A stretch of DNA of 64,000 nucleotides from Candidatus Binatia bacterium. GTDB lineage: Bacteria; Desulfobacterota; Binatia; HRBIN30. The position numbers and the translations under genes are program-made. Shown here one piece after another: positions 29,706-40,178 of the stretch. Position 1 is the first letter of the stretch, and every line of letters begins with the position of its first letter. The stretch spans positions 267,137 through 331,136 of the forward strand of contig JBBRSP010000004.1 in the NCBI GenBank assembly GCA_038245295.1, given 5' to 3'. The notes under the pieces are model-generated. The model was not told the DNA's origin and did not search any database. It saw only the letters and a list, made by a program, of their open reading frames with translations.

Positions 29706-30641
29706 CTACTTTCGAATGATGGTGAGCCGCGGCCCAGCGGACATTTCGAAGCTCGACACGGCTTCGAGAACGTCGCCGTCGATCATGTAGTGTGTCGGCT
29801 TGGCGAACTCAACATGTACGTCCTGCGCCAGATTGTCGTAGAGGGACTCGTAGTCGAGCGGAAAGCCCATGGGGATACGCCAGAAGCGGCGCAACATCTG
29901 CATCGGGCTGAGGCGCCCGGCGAGGAGATGGTAGTAGCCACGTTTGCGAGTGGCGAGATACGTCGCGTAGAAGCCGAGGCCGATGTCGCGAATCGAGCTC
30001 GCATAGATGACATTGAAGCGCCGATGAGGAACACGCTCGCCGTCGCAGTCCACGTCCGCCTCGAGTTGCTGCAAAATGCCGCGCGACAGAGTTGTGCCCG
30101 CGGCAACTGAGGCGAGAAGCCGCGTCAGCAGCCACGCCGCCGGCAGCGGCCCGCTGTGAGGCAAGGCATAATAGACCTGAAGAAAACTGACGATCGCTCC
30201 AGCGCCTACCATGAATCCATATTGCGACGTGCCGATGCGGATGAGCTGACGCTCCGTCAGCTCAAACGGTCGCCCGGCACGGTGGTCGGCGATGACGGCG
30301 GATAGAACCCTCTCAGGACTGCCATGGCGGCAGCCGACGGAGCGCGCCACCGTGTTCATCGATCCCGCACGCAGCGGCAACACCATTGGTAGTGGACGGT
30401 CCCCATACGCGTTCACGAGCGCCGAGAGGATGCGGAAGAAGGAACCATCGCCGCCACAAATGGCCAGGACTTCGATCTGGCGATCACGGAACGTCGCAAC
30501 AGCCTGATCGAGCTCTTCATAAGAAGATGGAGCGCAAACGATGCCGGTATCACCAACAATCGCCTCCAAACGAGAGAGGCGCTCCGGGGCACGGCGATTC
30601 TGCCCGGCGTGCGGGTTGAGGATGACACCAAATCCGCTCAT
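29706..30641 (-). CDS. Diacylglycerol kinase family protein
   Basis: NPHAG, GGDGS, GSMNTVAR and DGD motifs. Confidence 0.85.
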   Translation of the reverse strand: MSGFGVILNPHAGQNRRAPERLSRLEAIVGDTGIVCAPSSYEELDQAVATFRDRQIEVLAICGGDGSFFRILSALVNAYGDRPLPMVLPLRAGSMNTVARSVGCRHGSPERVLSAVIADHRAGRPFELTERQLIRIGTSQYGFMVGAGAIVSFLQVYYALPHSGPLPAAWLLTRLLASVAAGTTLSRGILQQLEADVDCDGERVPHRRFNVIYASSIRDIGLGFYATYLATRKRGYYHLLAGRLSPMQMLRRFWRIPMGFPLDYESLYDNLAQDVHVEFAKPTHYMIDGDVLEAVSSFEMSAGPRLTIIRK

Positions 30642-30724
30642 CGGCGGCGTCTTAACGGTTCAACCTCGACTTGTGAACTCGGAGCGCGCCACTCGGTGCC
30701 GCGGAGTGACGCGCTCCGGCGAGA

Positions 30725-30883
30725 TCAGGACGCGAAGAGTTTGACCGCGTACACGATGGCCAACGGGATGCCGGCGAACAACAGGAGTTTCATCAGAATC
30801 GACGTGGCACTCTCGCCCTTTTCGTCGCCCGCCTGAGCTCCTTGGCGTGCGCCTGACGGAACTGATTTGGTTTCTTCGGACAT
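30725..30883 (-). CDS. Small (52 aa) C-terminally anchored membrane protein
   Basis: GAGGAGGAG SD before ATG 30883; charged N-terminus plus one hydrophobic helix. Confidence 0.6.
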   Translation of the reverse strand: MSEETKSVPSGARQGAQAGDEKGESATSILMKLLLFAGIPLAIVYAVKLFAS

Positions 30884-31383
30884 GACTCCTCCTCGCAGCG
30901 CTCCACGCCGGACAAACCGGCGACTCGCCGCTGCCAAAAATTAAATTGGGATGTCGGACGAGCGAGGAGATTGTTCAGGCGGGTGATTCGTCGGCGGCGC
31001 AACGAGCCGATGCGCGGCGCAGCGAGCGTCGCGATGGGTACACAAGGGAACGCGGCAGGCTGCGGACTCGCTCGTTCAGGCAAATGGTTGCCGTCGGCGA
31101 TCGGCGCAGTCCCACGATACGTCCCAACCCGAGACGGCCAAGCCGCGTCGGCGGTTGAACCATTTCGCGGGCGTCGGCCGGGCGTGGGGCCCAAGATACA
31201 AGAGGCTGATTTTTTTCGACGGCGATGACCAACGGCGATGCATCGTTCGGCATGGTCGCCACCGCCACCAGTGGTGTTGCCGTGTGGCAGAGGAAGATCA
31301 GCAGCAGAGTAGTGGCCGGCAAACGCATCACGTTAACTATAGGCAAGAGGATCGACGAGGCAAGTCGCGAGTTGAGTCGGCGG

Positions 31384-33006
31384 CTAAAAGTCGCGGTCGT
31401 AGACGCTCCACCAGAATTCACACTCGGTGCGGCGAAAGTTTGGAACGATATTAATCGAAGAATCGAAATTGATCCGCTGATCCGCCGCAGCGCTGTATTT
31501 CGGCCAGGCCAGGGCCGCCTCACCGTTCGGATCGCCGTTGCGCGCCAGGCGCGTCCAATATCCCTGCATGGCTTGCGCCAGCATCGCGTCGACAGCCAGC
31601 GGCGGGTCGACAGACCCGAACACGTAGGCGATCTCGGCACCGTGTGTGGCGCCGAGGTTGAACTGCGCCAAGGCTTCGATCGGGATCGGGCGCGCAAAGT
31701 TATACAGGTACACGTTCGAGCCGCCGGCGGCGGCGCGACGCGCGACATCATACGTCGGGCAGACGAGCGACGAATCACCGAAGACACGCGCCAGCGCATC
31801 CTGTGGCGTGCGGAAGGCGCTGGCCGGATAAACCGCCGCGACTTCATCGGACATGTCGCCATAGGCCTGCTTGAGGGCTTCCAGATACTTCGCGTTTGTC
31901 GTGACGGGGCGAGATCCAATGAAGAACAGAGTCCCCTCATCGGCGTTGGAGCCGAGGATGTACGGCACCTTGGCGAACTTACCCGTGTTGAAGAGTGTGC
32001 GCGGCTGGTCCGGCAGCACACCGCCATCGATGATGATGCCCGGGCCGCTGTCCTGGGAGAGCAGCGTCGATACCGGCACTTGGCGTAGACAGCTCAACTC
32101 GTTGGCGGCATCGGCGCAGCCAACCGCCGCACTCACCTGTGCACTTGCCGCGGCGGCATCCGTGATGGTCGATTGATGAGTCGTGCAGCCGCCACTCTCG
32201 CCGATGGCGCGGTGGAACAAGCCGCGGCTTCCGGGTGATACGACATGGGCGCAAACGTCCCACGAGCCAGCCGACTCGCCGAAGATCGTCACGTTGTCGG
32301 GATCGCCGCCGAATACGGCGATGTTGTCGCGTACCCATTGCAACGCTTGCCGCTGATCCAGGAGGCCCTGATTGCCGGCATACGGATACGCCGATTCCTC
32401 AGACTTCAACGCGGCGTTGGCAAAGAAGCCAAAGATGCCGAGTCGATAGTTTACGCTGACAACAATGACGTCGCGCGTCTGCGTCAACACATGACCGTCG
32501 TAGAAACGTCCGCCGACGCCGAGTGGAACAAGATCGCCTGCCGATCCGGCCGTATTGCCGCCGCCGTGGATCCACACCATTACCGGCAAACGCTTCTGCG
32601 GTGCGGGCTCGGGCGACCAGACGTTGAGATAAAGGCAATCCTCGGTGGTGCTGGGTGCGCCGTTGATCGAGGCACCCTGCGGGCACGGAGAAGCAAACGC
32701 GGTGGTGTCGCGCACACCGCTCCACGGGCTCACAGGCTGTGGGCGATGCCAGCGCAACGCGCCGACGGGCGGCGCCGCGAACGGGATCCCCAGAAAACGA
32801 CGTGTACCGCTGTCGATGCTGCCCTGCACCATGCCGTCATTCAATCGAATCAGTGTGCCGGATTGAATCGGCGTCGTCGCGGCGGCAGCACCATCCTCGC
32901 CGTCTGAGCCACAGCCGACCAGCAAAAGGGCGAGACAGAGGACGACCCAACCGCGCCAAGGCAAAGAGCCGGCGCAGGACCTCAGAGCACGAGTGTCAGC
33001 GAACAT
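31384..33006 (-). CDS. Type-B carboxylesterase lipoprotein
   Basis: Lipobox LLVGC; EDCLYLNVW, HGGG, FGGDPDNVTIFGESAG and HGAE motifs. Confidence 0.92.
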   Translation of the reverse strand: MFADTRALRSCAGSLPWRGWVVLCLALLLVGCGSDGEDGAAAATTPIQSGTLIRLNDGMVQGSIDSGTRRFLGIPFAAPPVGALRWHRPQPVSPWSGVRDTTAFASPCPQGASINGAPSTTEDCLYLNVWSPEPAPQKRLPVMVWIHGGGNTAGSAGDLVPLGVGGRFYDGHVLTQTRDVIVVSVNYRLGIFGFFANAALKSEESAYPYAGNQGLLDQRQALQWVRDNIAVFGGDPDNVTIFGESAGSWDVCAHVVSPGSRGLFHRAIGESGGCTTHQSTITDAAAASAQVSAAVGCADAANELSCLRQVPVSTLLSQDSGPGIIIDGGVLPDQPRTLFNTGKFAKVPYILGSNADEGTLFFIGSRPVTTNAKYLEALKQAYGDMSDEVAAVYPASAFRTPQDALARVFGDSSLVCPTYDVARRAAAGGSNVYLYNFARPIPIEALAQFNLGATHGAEIAYVFGSVDPPLAVDAMLAQAMQGYWTRLARNGDPNGEAALAWPKYSAAADQRINFDSSINIVPNFRRTECEFWWSVYDRDF

Positions 33007-33091
33007 TCAGCTGCAGTACCACTCGTTGGCGCGCCGTGTCCACGCTGCCGCTTCTCGGGTTTTAACGAGCGCCTCCAGCGCCCGAACCGGG

Positions 33092-33892
33092 TCATGCCAG
33101 TGGGCCAAGAACACTGCGGACAAAATCGACGTCCGCCTTTAGCTTGGCCTCGACCGAGCGTTCGTCGGCAGCAAGAAATTCGATGGTTAAAGGGCCGCGA
33201 TAGCCCGCCGCGTGCGCCGCGGTCAGAATGGCGCGATAGTCGAGCGTGCCGTCCGCCAACGACCCGCCGGGAAGCATGGCGCTCTGCCCATCCGGATTGA
33301 GCTGATAGTTCTTCAAGTGAAAGTAGCGCGCCGCCCCGCTCAACGCGGCAGCGTCGGCCGCCTGCTGCGTGATCTTCGATGGCGGCAGGAAGTCGAGCAC
33401 CTGATAGTTCAGCGCGACATTGGGACGGTCGATGGCAGCGAACAAGTCGGCGATCCGCCGCGGTGTGTCGGCAAACGAACCAAGATGGCGCTCGACAACA
33501 ACGGTAATGCCGGCAGGCAGCGCCGCATCGCAGGCGGCGCGCATCAAGTCGACGGTCGGATTCTTGTCTTGGTTATCGTCGGGCAAGGGCTCGGCCCAGA
33601 CGCGCAACAGCGGTGTCTCGAGCGCTTCGGTCCAAGCAACAGCGCGCCGGGCATCATCGGCGGTGACTTGTCCGAAGCGGCCGAGGTAGGAGCCGAACGC
33701 AACGATCCCGCAGCCGGTGGCCCGCACGGCGCGCCCGACATCGCGCGCCTCTGCGACACTCGCATCAGCGGCGAGATGCGGCGCGTGGCCGGTGATCTCG
33801 ATTGCTTCGACGCCGCACGCGAGCGCCATCTCGGCGACGGCAGCGATGGGTCGATCGAGAGCCGAAATGGAACAAAAGGCCAAGGGTCGCAT
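33092..33892 (-). CDS. Sugar phosphate isomerase/epimerase (xylose-isomerase-like TIM barrel)
   Basis: VVERH, FHLKN and GYRGPLTIEF motifs. Confidence 0.8.
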   Translation of the reverse strand: MRPLAFCSISALDRPIAAVAEMALACGVEAIEITGHAPHLAADASVAEARDVGRAVRATGCGIVAFGSYLGRFGQVTADDARRAVAWTEALETPLLRVWAEPLPDDNQDKNPTVDLMRAACDAALPAGITVVVERHLGSFADTPRRIADLFAAIDRPNVALNYQVLDFLPPSKITQQAADAAALSGAARYFHLKNYQLNPDGQSAMLPGGSLADGTLDYRAILTAAHAAGYRGPLTIEFLAADERSVEAKLKADVDFVRSVLGPLA

Positions 33893-33922
33893 TCTCTACC
33901 TCCGATGTATGGCGACGTGGGA

Positions 33923-34933
33923 TCACGCAATGCGCTCGAGATCAGCGCGGTGGATCTCATGGCGCAGCGGCTCCCCGCGCGTCAAGCGTTCGATCTCCGC
34001 GACCGCCAGCTCACCCATGCGTTCGGTCTCCGTACCCATGGAGCCGGCGATGTGCGGTGTCAGGAAGACATTCGGCAGATCGTAAAGAGGCGAGCTGGAC
34101 GGCAGCGTTTCCGGCTCGGTGGTATCAAGGATCGCGTCGATGCGACCGCGCACCAATTCCGCCTCGAGGGCGGCGTGATCGACGAGCCAGCCGCGCGCCG
34201 TATTGATCAGGGTGGCACCGTCGCGCAGCAGGGCGAGACGGCGGGCGTCGATCATGTGTCGCGTCTCAGGCAACGCCGGGGCATGTAAGGTCACCACATC
34301 GGCGCGTCGCATGAGCTCATCGAGTTCGACCAACTCGGCGCCCAGCGCCCGGGCTCCGGCAACGTCGACGAAGGGATCACTGAGGAGGAGATCGAGGTCG
34401 AACATTCGCAATCGTTCCGCGACAAGCCGACCGATATGCGAGGCGCCGACGATGCCAATCTTCTTGCAATAGTTGCCAAGATCGGGGAACTCGGCCGCCC
34501 AGAAGCGGAAGTCGCGCGCCTCGCGGTAACGCTGCTGCAAACGCAGCACTCGCTTATTGGCGAAGAGAATGGCGGCAACGGTGTACTCGGCCACAGGTAC
34601 AGCATTGGCGGCAGCCGCGGCACTGACACGGATGCCGGCATCCCAACATTCCGGCAAGATGTGCTGCTTCACCGTGCCGGCGGCGTGCACGATGGCGCTC
34701 AGCCTGGGAGCGGCGCGCAGCACATGCTCGTCGATCAGCGGACAGCCCCAGCCGGTAAGCAGGATGTCGGTACGCGCCAACCATTCCTTTGCCTGTGGAT
34801 CTTCGAAGGCCGTGATCGGGTCGCGGCTGGCCAGCTCCGCACAGGCTGCAAGTCGTTGCCAGTGCGTTTCGTTGAACAGCTGTTGATTGAAGAAGGGTAC
34901 CATCGCCAGGGTAATAAAAGGGCGTTCCGCCAT
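33923..34933 (-). CDS. D-isomer-specific 2-hydroxyacid dehydrogenase
   Basis: GIVGASHIG, INTARG, LDTTEPE and TPHIAG motifs. Start uncertain. Confidence 0.9.
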   Translation of the reverse strand: MAERPFITLAMVPFFNQQLFNETHWQRLAACAELASRDPITAFEDPQAKEWLARTDILLTGWGCPLIDEHVLRAAPRLSAIVHAAGTVKQHILPECWDAGIRVSAAAAANAVPVAEYTVAAILFANKRVLRLQQRYREARDFRFWAAEFPDLGNYCKKIGIVGASHIGRLVAERLRMFDLDLLLSDPFVDVAGARALGAELVELDELMRRADVVTLHAPALPETRHMIDARRLALLRDGATLINTARGWLVDHAALEAELVRGRIDAILDTTEPETLPSSSPLYDLPNVFLTPHIAGSMGTETERMGELAVAEIERLTRGEPLRHEIHRADLERIA

Positions 34934-35020
34934 TCCGGCAGATGGCCACACCATATCGGTTTGGGTCAACAGGTAGGCGGAGGTTGATTCAGCATGGCGC
35001 ACGTCCTACCTAGGTCGGCC

Positions 35021-35281
35021 ATGGCAATCGCGATCGATACGTTCGTCACCATCCCCGGTTACAAACCCTACCCGCGCTTCGGCCGCGTCGCCGAGCTGCT
35101 CGCCGAGGAGAAAGTTCGTGTCACGTCCGTTCAGTGCGGTGACCCGCGCTGCGCCGCCGAGCACCATCACGGCGATGTCGTGTGGAACGCGGCAGATCTG
35201 GAGGCCTCGAAGGCGTACCAGGGACGCGCCGGTTGGGAGAGCGGTCGCGTCAGCTCGCCGAACGCTCCGATTGTTGGCTGA
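35021..35281 (+). CDS. Small hypothetical protein with a Cys/His cluster
   Basis: Fills an intergenic gap with GC3-rich codons; motif CGDPRCAAEHHHGD. Confidence 0.6.
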   Translation: MAIAIDTFVTIPGYKPYPRFGRVAELLAEEKVRVTSVQCGDPRCAAEHHHGDVVWNAADLEASKAYQGRAGWESGRVSSPNAPIVG

Positions 35282-35356
35282 TCACCTGGCCCGGGGGTTC
35301 CCCTTCGCGCCGCGCGCTGCGGAGAAGAACCAGCCCGACTCCGTCCGGCACAGCGC

Positions 35357-36502
35357 TTACTCCGTCTGGCTCAGTTGATTCAAGCGCTCCAACGTATCCA
35401 GACACTCCTCGGCCATCATCCGCACAACATCACGGCTCGACATCGGCACATTCATCTGACCGACTACCTGGCCGACGAAGTACGTTACCAGAGGACGTGC
35501 CGGGGAGTCGGCTTTGTGGGCGACGCGATGAATCCGGCGCTGCGAGTCGGCGACCAGCATACTCTGCAGCGGCATCGGTAGCGGTTCCGGCGCCCCCGGC
35601 TCCTCCCAGGCATCGGTCCACGCCGTGCGCAGCATGCGGGCCGGCTTGCCGGTGAGCGAGCGCGAGCGTCGCGTGTCGGCCGAGGTCGCGGCGAGAAACT
35701 TCTCGCGAATGGTCGGCGATGTCTCGGCCTCATGCGTCGTCAGCCACACCGATCCACACCACACGCCCTCAGCACCAAGAGCCAGAGCCGCCGCCATTTG
35801 TCGGCCGTTCGCGATGCCACCGGCAGCCAGCACCGGAACCGGCGCCACGGCGTCGACGACCTGCGGGATCAGCACCATGGTGGCAATCTCGCCCGTATGG
35901 CCGCCGCCTTCCGTGCCCTGCGCAATGATCAAGTCGACGCCGCCTTCCTTGTGAGCGACGGCATGGTCGACGCGGCCGGCCAAGGCAGCGACCGGAATAC
36001 CGGCAGCATGGGCCTTGTCGACAAGCCAGCGCGGCGGGGTGCCAAGCGCCGACGCGATCAACGCCACCTTGTGAGCGAAGGATACCTCGATCAGCGGCTC
36101 CATACTCTTGGTATCGACGCGCAGCCCCGCCATGCCACGTTGCTCGCGATCGCTGCCGGCTTCGGCCGGCGGCAGCGCCGGTACGCCGTAGCGCTGCAGC
36201 ACCTCTTCGATCCACTCTCGGTGGGCGTCGGGCAGCATCGACTTAAGACTGTTCGAATCGAAGCCACCCGACTCGGCACCGACGTACTTGCGCGGAATGA
36301 GCAGATCGACGCCGAACGGCTTGCCTTTGGTCTGCTCGGCGATCCACTTGAGATCGATCTCCAGCTGTTCCGGCGTGTGGGCGACGGCGCCGAGCACGCC
36401 GATCCCGCCGGCATTGGTAACGGCGGCAACGACGTCGCGACAGTGAGTGAAGGCGAAGATCGGGAAATCGATCCCCAACATCTTGGTTACCCGAGTTTGC
36501 AT
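35357..36502 (-). CDS. Nitronate monooxygenase / FMN-dependent enoyl reductase family protein
   Basis: PIFAFTHCRDVV, QGTEGGGHTG, AAGGI and WCGSVWL motifs; resembles mycobacterial members. Confidence 0.9.
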   Translation of the reverse strand: MQTRVTKMLGIDFPIFAFTHCRDVVAAVTNAGGIGVLGAVAHTPEQLEIDLKWIAEQTKGKPFGVDLLIPRKYVGAESGGFDSNSLKSMLPDAHREWIEEVLQRYGVPALPPAEAGSDREQRGMAGLRVDTKSMEPLIEVSFAHKVALIASALGTPPRWLVDKAHAAGIPVAALAGRVDHAVAHKEGGVDLIIAQGTEGGGHTGEIATMVLIPQVVDAVAPVPVLAAGGIANGRQMAAALALGAEGVWCGSVWLTTHEAETSPTIREKFLAATSADTRRSRSLTGKPARMLRTAWTDAWEEPGAPEPLPMPLQSMLVADSQRRIHRVAHKADSPARPLVTYFVGQVVGQMNVPMSSRDVVRMMAEECLDTLERLNQLSQTE

Positions 36503-36612
36503 GTTCTCTTACCTACCGCGCCTCCCGCCGCCATGCCACGCCACCCGGCGCGTCCGATCAAGGGTTGATTCAGGCGCGTCGTCGTACGAGAAAGCGCACG
36601 GAGATGCATGCA

Positions 36613-38220
36613 ATGAACGAATGGTGGCGCTCGGCGGTATTTTACGAAATCTACGTCCGCAGCTTTCAGGACAGCAACGGTGATGGTGTCGGCGATCTGG
36701 CCGGCATCACGCAGCGGCTCGACTATCTGAACGACGGCACTCGGGGCTCTCTTGGTATCGATGCCCTGTGGTTAACGCCGGTGAACCCATCCCCGATGTT
36801 CGACTTCGGCTACGATGTCGCCGACTACACCGACATCGAGCCGCTGTTCGGCACCCTGGCCGACTTCGACCGCCTGATCAGCGAGGCACACCGACGCGGC
36901 ATTCGCATCATTCTCGACCTCGTCCCCAACCACACCTCGCACTTGCACTCGTGGTTCCGCGAGTCGCGCGCCGCGCGTACGAATCCGAAACGCGACTGGT
37001 ACATCTGGCGCGATCCGAAGGCCGACGGCAGCCCGCCCAACAACTGGGTCAGCTCGTTCGGCGGCCCGGCATGGACGCTCGATCCGACCACCGGTCAGTT
37101 CTACCTGCACTCGTTCCTCGCCGAACAACCCGACTTGAACTTTCGCAATCCGGAAGTCGTGCGCGCCATGCAGGAAGTCATTCGCTTCTGGCTCAATCGC
37201 GGCGTCGATGGCTTTCGCGTCGACGTCATCCACAAGATGGCGAAGGACGTGACGTTACGCGACAACCCGAAGCCCGCGCCGGAGGAAGAACATCCGATCA
37301 AGCACTACGGCGGTCAGGTGCACCTGTACGACGAGGATCAGCCGGAGGTCCACGACATCATCCGCGATTGGCGCCGCATTCTCGATTCGTATGGCGAGCG
37401 TGCCATGGTGGGTGAGGTGTATCTCTTCGATCCAAAACGCGTCGCGACATACTATGGCAACGGCAACAACGAACTGCCTCTGGCGTTCAATTTCAGCTTC
37501 CTGTGGACACACTGGGACGCGGCGGCGTTCCGCGCCAAGGTCGATGAGATCGAAGGCCTGCTGCCACCCGATGCGCAGCCTACCTACGTGCTCTCGTCCC
37601 ACGATGCCCCACGCTCGCGCACGCGTTTCGATGACGCGCCGTGGGGCGATCGTCGCGCCCGCACAGCGCTGCTGATGCTACTGACCCTGCGCGGCACGCC
37701 GTTCCTGTATTACGGGGAAGAGATCGGCATGCACGACGTGTACATTCCGTCCGAACGGATCTGCGATCCGGTGGGAATTCGTTTACCTGGACTCGGCCGC
37801 GACCCCGAACGCACGCCCATGCAATGGAGTGATGCGGCCGGGGCGGGCTTTACGACGGCGGCGCAAACCTGGTTGCCGCTAGCCGACGACTACGTCGCCA
37901 ACAACGTCGGCGCACAGAACATCGACACGCGATCCTTCCTGCACTTCACTCGCGAGTTGATCTGGTATCGCAAGCGCACGCCGGCTCTGACGCGCGGGAC
38001 GTATACCCCAATAGAATCCCCCCCCGATACGTTCGTCTACGAACGCGTCGACGTCGGGGCACGGCGCGTCGTCGCACTGAACTTCAGCAGTGAGCCAACG
38101 ACGATCAAAGGTTTCAAAGGGATGGCTGTGGTGCTCAGTAGTGATGCGCAGCGCCGTCTGCCTGAAGCGATTGCCTCGGGAGTCGTGCTGCAGCCTTGTG
38201 AAGGTGTGATCCTCGAGTAG
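36613..38220 (+). CDS. GH13 alpha-glucosidase
   Basis: [25 protein letters not shown] (nucleophile), GE (acid/base), SHD and YYGEEIGM motifs. Confidence 0.93.
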   Translation: MNEWWRSAVFYEIYVRSFQDSNGDGVGDLAGITQRLDYLNDGTRGSLGIDALWLTPVNPSPMFDFGYDVADYTDIEPLFGTLADFDRLISEAHRRGIRIILDLVPNHTSHLHSWFRESRAARTNPKRDWYIWRDPKADGSPPNNWVSSFGGPAWTLDPTTGQFYLHSFLAEQPDLNFRNPEVVRAMQEVIRFWLNRGVDGFRVDVIHKMAKDVTLRDNPKPAPEEEHPIKHYGGQVHLYDEDQPEVHDIIRDWRRILDSYGERAMVGEVYLFDPKRVATYYGNGNNELPLAFNFSFLWTHWDAAAFRAKVDEIEGLLPPDAQPTYVLSSHDAPRSRTRFDDAPWGDRRARTALLMLLTLRGTPFLYYGEEIGMHDVYIPSERICDPVGIRLPGLGRDPERTPMQWSDAAGAGFTTAAQTWLPLADDYVANNVGAQNIDTRSFLHFTRELIWYRKRTPALTRGTYTPIESPPDTFVYERVDVGARRVVALNFSSEPTTIKGFKGMAVVLSSDAQRRLPEAIASGVVLQPCEGVILE

Positions 38221-38241
38221 CGATGGCGCCGTCGATCCGGA

Positions 38242-38997
38242 TCAAGTGCCGACGCGATTGATCAAGCTCGCGGCAACCGCAGCGCCGAAGCCGTTATCAA
38301 TGTTGACGACGGTGACACCGGCGGCGCATGAATTGAGCATCGCCAGAAGCGCCGCGAGACCGCCAAAGCTGGCACCGTAGCCGACGCTGGTCGGTACAGC
38401 GATCACCGGACGGCTGACCAGGCCGGCAACAACGCTGGGCAACGCGCCTTCCATGCCGGCCACGACCACCAAGACTGCGGCGGCGCGCAGGCGGTCGTTG
38501 TGGGCAATGAGTCGATGGATGCCCGAGACGCCAACATCGGTCAGCCGCTCGACCCGGTTGCCCATCATGGTTGCCGTGATCGATGCCTCTTCGGCGACGG
38601 GTAGATCGGCCGTTCCCGCCGCAACAACCAGTACGGTACCAACTCCAACAATAGGCGGTGGCGCATCAACCAACGTGGCAAGGCGCGCCGACGCCGAATA
38701 TTCGACATCCGGGAAGGCTTCTTTGAGAGCCGCCAGGCCCGCCGGATCGAGCCGCGTAACCATGACATTGTGGCCGCGTCCGCGCAGGCTGCGAGCGATC
38801 TCAACAATGTGTTGCGGTTCCTTCCCCGCACCAAAAATCACTTCGGGGAAGCCAGTCCGCAGGGAGCGATGGTGATCGACTTTGGCAAAGCCGAGGTCTT
38901 CGTAGGGCAACGTACGCAGCATCTCGACAGCGTCGTCGGCGCTGACTTGGCCAGCGCTGACGTCCTGCATCAGCTTTTGCAATCTCAGGGGATCCAT
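38242..38997 (-). CDS. larB: Nickel-pincer cofactor biosynthesis protein LarB
   Basis: [44 protein letters not shown] and VNIDNGFGA motifs. Confidence 0.93.
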   Translation of the reverse strand: MDPLRLQKLMQDVSAGQVSADDAVEMLRTLPYEDLGFAKVDHHRSLRTGFPEVIFGAGKEPQHIVEIARSLRGRGHNVMVTRLDPAGLAALKEAFPDVEYSASARLATLVDAPPPIVGVGTVLVVAAGTADLPVAEEASITATMMGNRVERLTDVGVSGIHRLIAHNDRLRAAAVLVVVAGMEGALPSVVAGLVSRPVIAVPTSVGYGASFGGLAALLAMLNSCAAGVTVVNIDNGFGAAVAASLINRVGT

Positions 38998-39008
38998 TGT
39001 TCTTACTC

Positions 39009-39986
39009 TTAGAACTGGAAGTGGTCGAAGCCAGTGCCGCCGGGATTCGTGGCGCCGACGACGCGAACGCGGCGGCCGCTTGTGAAGCGACCGATCAGGG
39101 TCATGTCGCAGCCGACGCCACGCACGAGCTGGCGTACTTGTTTCACCTTTGACTCCGGGATTGCACACAGCAACTCGTAGTCCTCGCCCCCGCTCAGAGC
39201 AAGCTTCGGATCGCCGTGGTTGGCGCGTTGATAGGCGGCCGAGAGAGGCAGACTGGTCGAATTCACCACCGCACCGACCTTCGACGCGCGACAGAGATGC
39301 CCGAGGTCCTGGACCAAGCCATCGCTTACATCGATCATCGCCGTCGCCAAGCCGCGACGCGCCAAACGTTGGCCGAGAGCCAGGCGGGCGGTTGGCCGCG
39401 CGAAGCGCCGTTGCAGAGGGGCCGAAGGTTGCTTTCCGCGCTTCCACGCGCGCACGGCCGAGGCGGCATCGCCAAGAGTGCCGCTGACAAACAGGCAGTC
39501 ACCTGGGCGGGCTCCGGCACGGGTCACCGGGTGCGAGCTCTGCGTTCCGAATACCGTGATGACGATCCCCAACTGCCGACCACGCGACAGGTTCCCGCCG
39601 ATCAAGACGCTGCCGAAAACCTTTGCCTCATCGACAAGACCGCGCTGGATGGCGTGTAGACTGGCCACCGGGAATCCAGGCGGAACTGTGTAATGAACCA
39701 CGAGCCAGCGCGGCCGCGCGCCCATGGCCGCCAAATCGCTGACGCTGACGTGGTAACTCCGGCGTCCAAGTGCCACTGGTGACAACCACGGCAAACGGAA
39801 GTGAACGCCTTCCAACTGCGCATCCACGGATACAACCAGGTGCTGCTTGCCAAAACGCACTACCGCCGAGTCGTCCCCGGGCCCGACCAACACGTCTGGG
39901 GACATCGGCCCTGTGCGGCGAAGAACACTACGCAGGAACGGGAACTCACCCCGCTCCCTCAGGGTTGGCGATCGGCGGCGGCGCAC
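39009..39986 (-). CDS. thiL: Thiamine-monophosphate kinase
   Basis: GEF, GPGDDSA, EGVHF, SDLAAMGA, DVSDGL, GGEDYEL and GFDHF motifs. Confidence 0.95.
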   Translation of the reverse strand: MRRRRSPTLRERGEFPFLRSVLRRTGPMSPDVLVGPGDDSAVVRFGKQHLVVSVDAQLEGVHFRLPWLSPVALGRRSYHVSVSDLAAMGARPRWLVVHYTVPPGFPVASLHAIQRGLVDEAKVFGSVLIGGNLSRGRQLGIVITVFGTQSSHPVTRAGARPGDCLFVSGTLGDAASAVRAWKRGKQPSAPLQRRFARPTARLALGQRLARRGLATAMIDVSDGLVQDLGHLCRASKVGAVVNSTSLPLSAAYQRANHGDPKLALSGGEDYELLCAIPESKVKQVRQLVRGVGCDMTLIGRFTSGRRVRVVGATNPGGTGFDHFQF

Positions 39987-40132
39987 GCATCGATGCTTTG
40001 CAGCCTATTGCGTCTCGGTCAAGCAAAGCATAACGGGTTGGCGTGACGCATGGTGGACGCTGCGCCAACTGAGTAGCTACACATATGTACACCCCACACT
40101 TGGGAAGTGGGACGGGGACTGATTTTCCAACG

Positions 40133-40148
40133 TGGCACACGTCGTGCA
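40133..40148 (+). promoter_or_regulatory. Putative sigma54 (-24/-12) promoter of the chemosensory operon
   Basis: TGGCACACGTCGTGCA: GG at 40134-40135 and GC at 40146-40147 with exactly 10 nt between; about 30 nt upstream of ATG 40179. Confidence 0.7.
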
Positions 40149-40178
40149 CGCCAATTCGTCCTCAGGGGAGATTTGTGC

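Noticed and set aside
30975..31328. Possible secreted 117-aa ORF (MRLPATTLLLIFLCH...)
   Set aside because: The N-terminus is signal-like, but the rest is Arg-rich with no motif and no clear SD; it cannot be supported without homologues.
38998..39447. N-terminal extension of larB in the ORF track
   Set aside because: It overlaps thiL in another frame; LarB similarity starts at ATG 38997.
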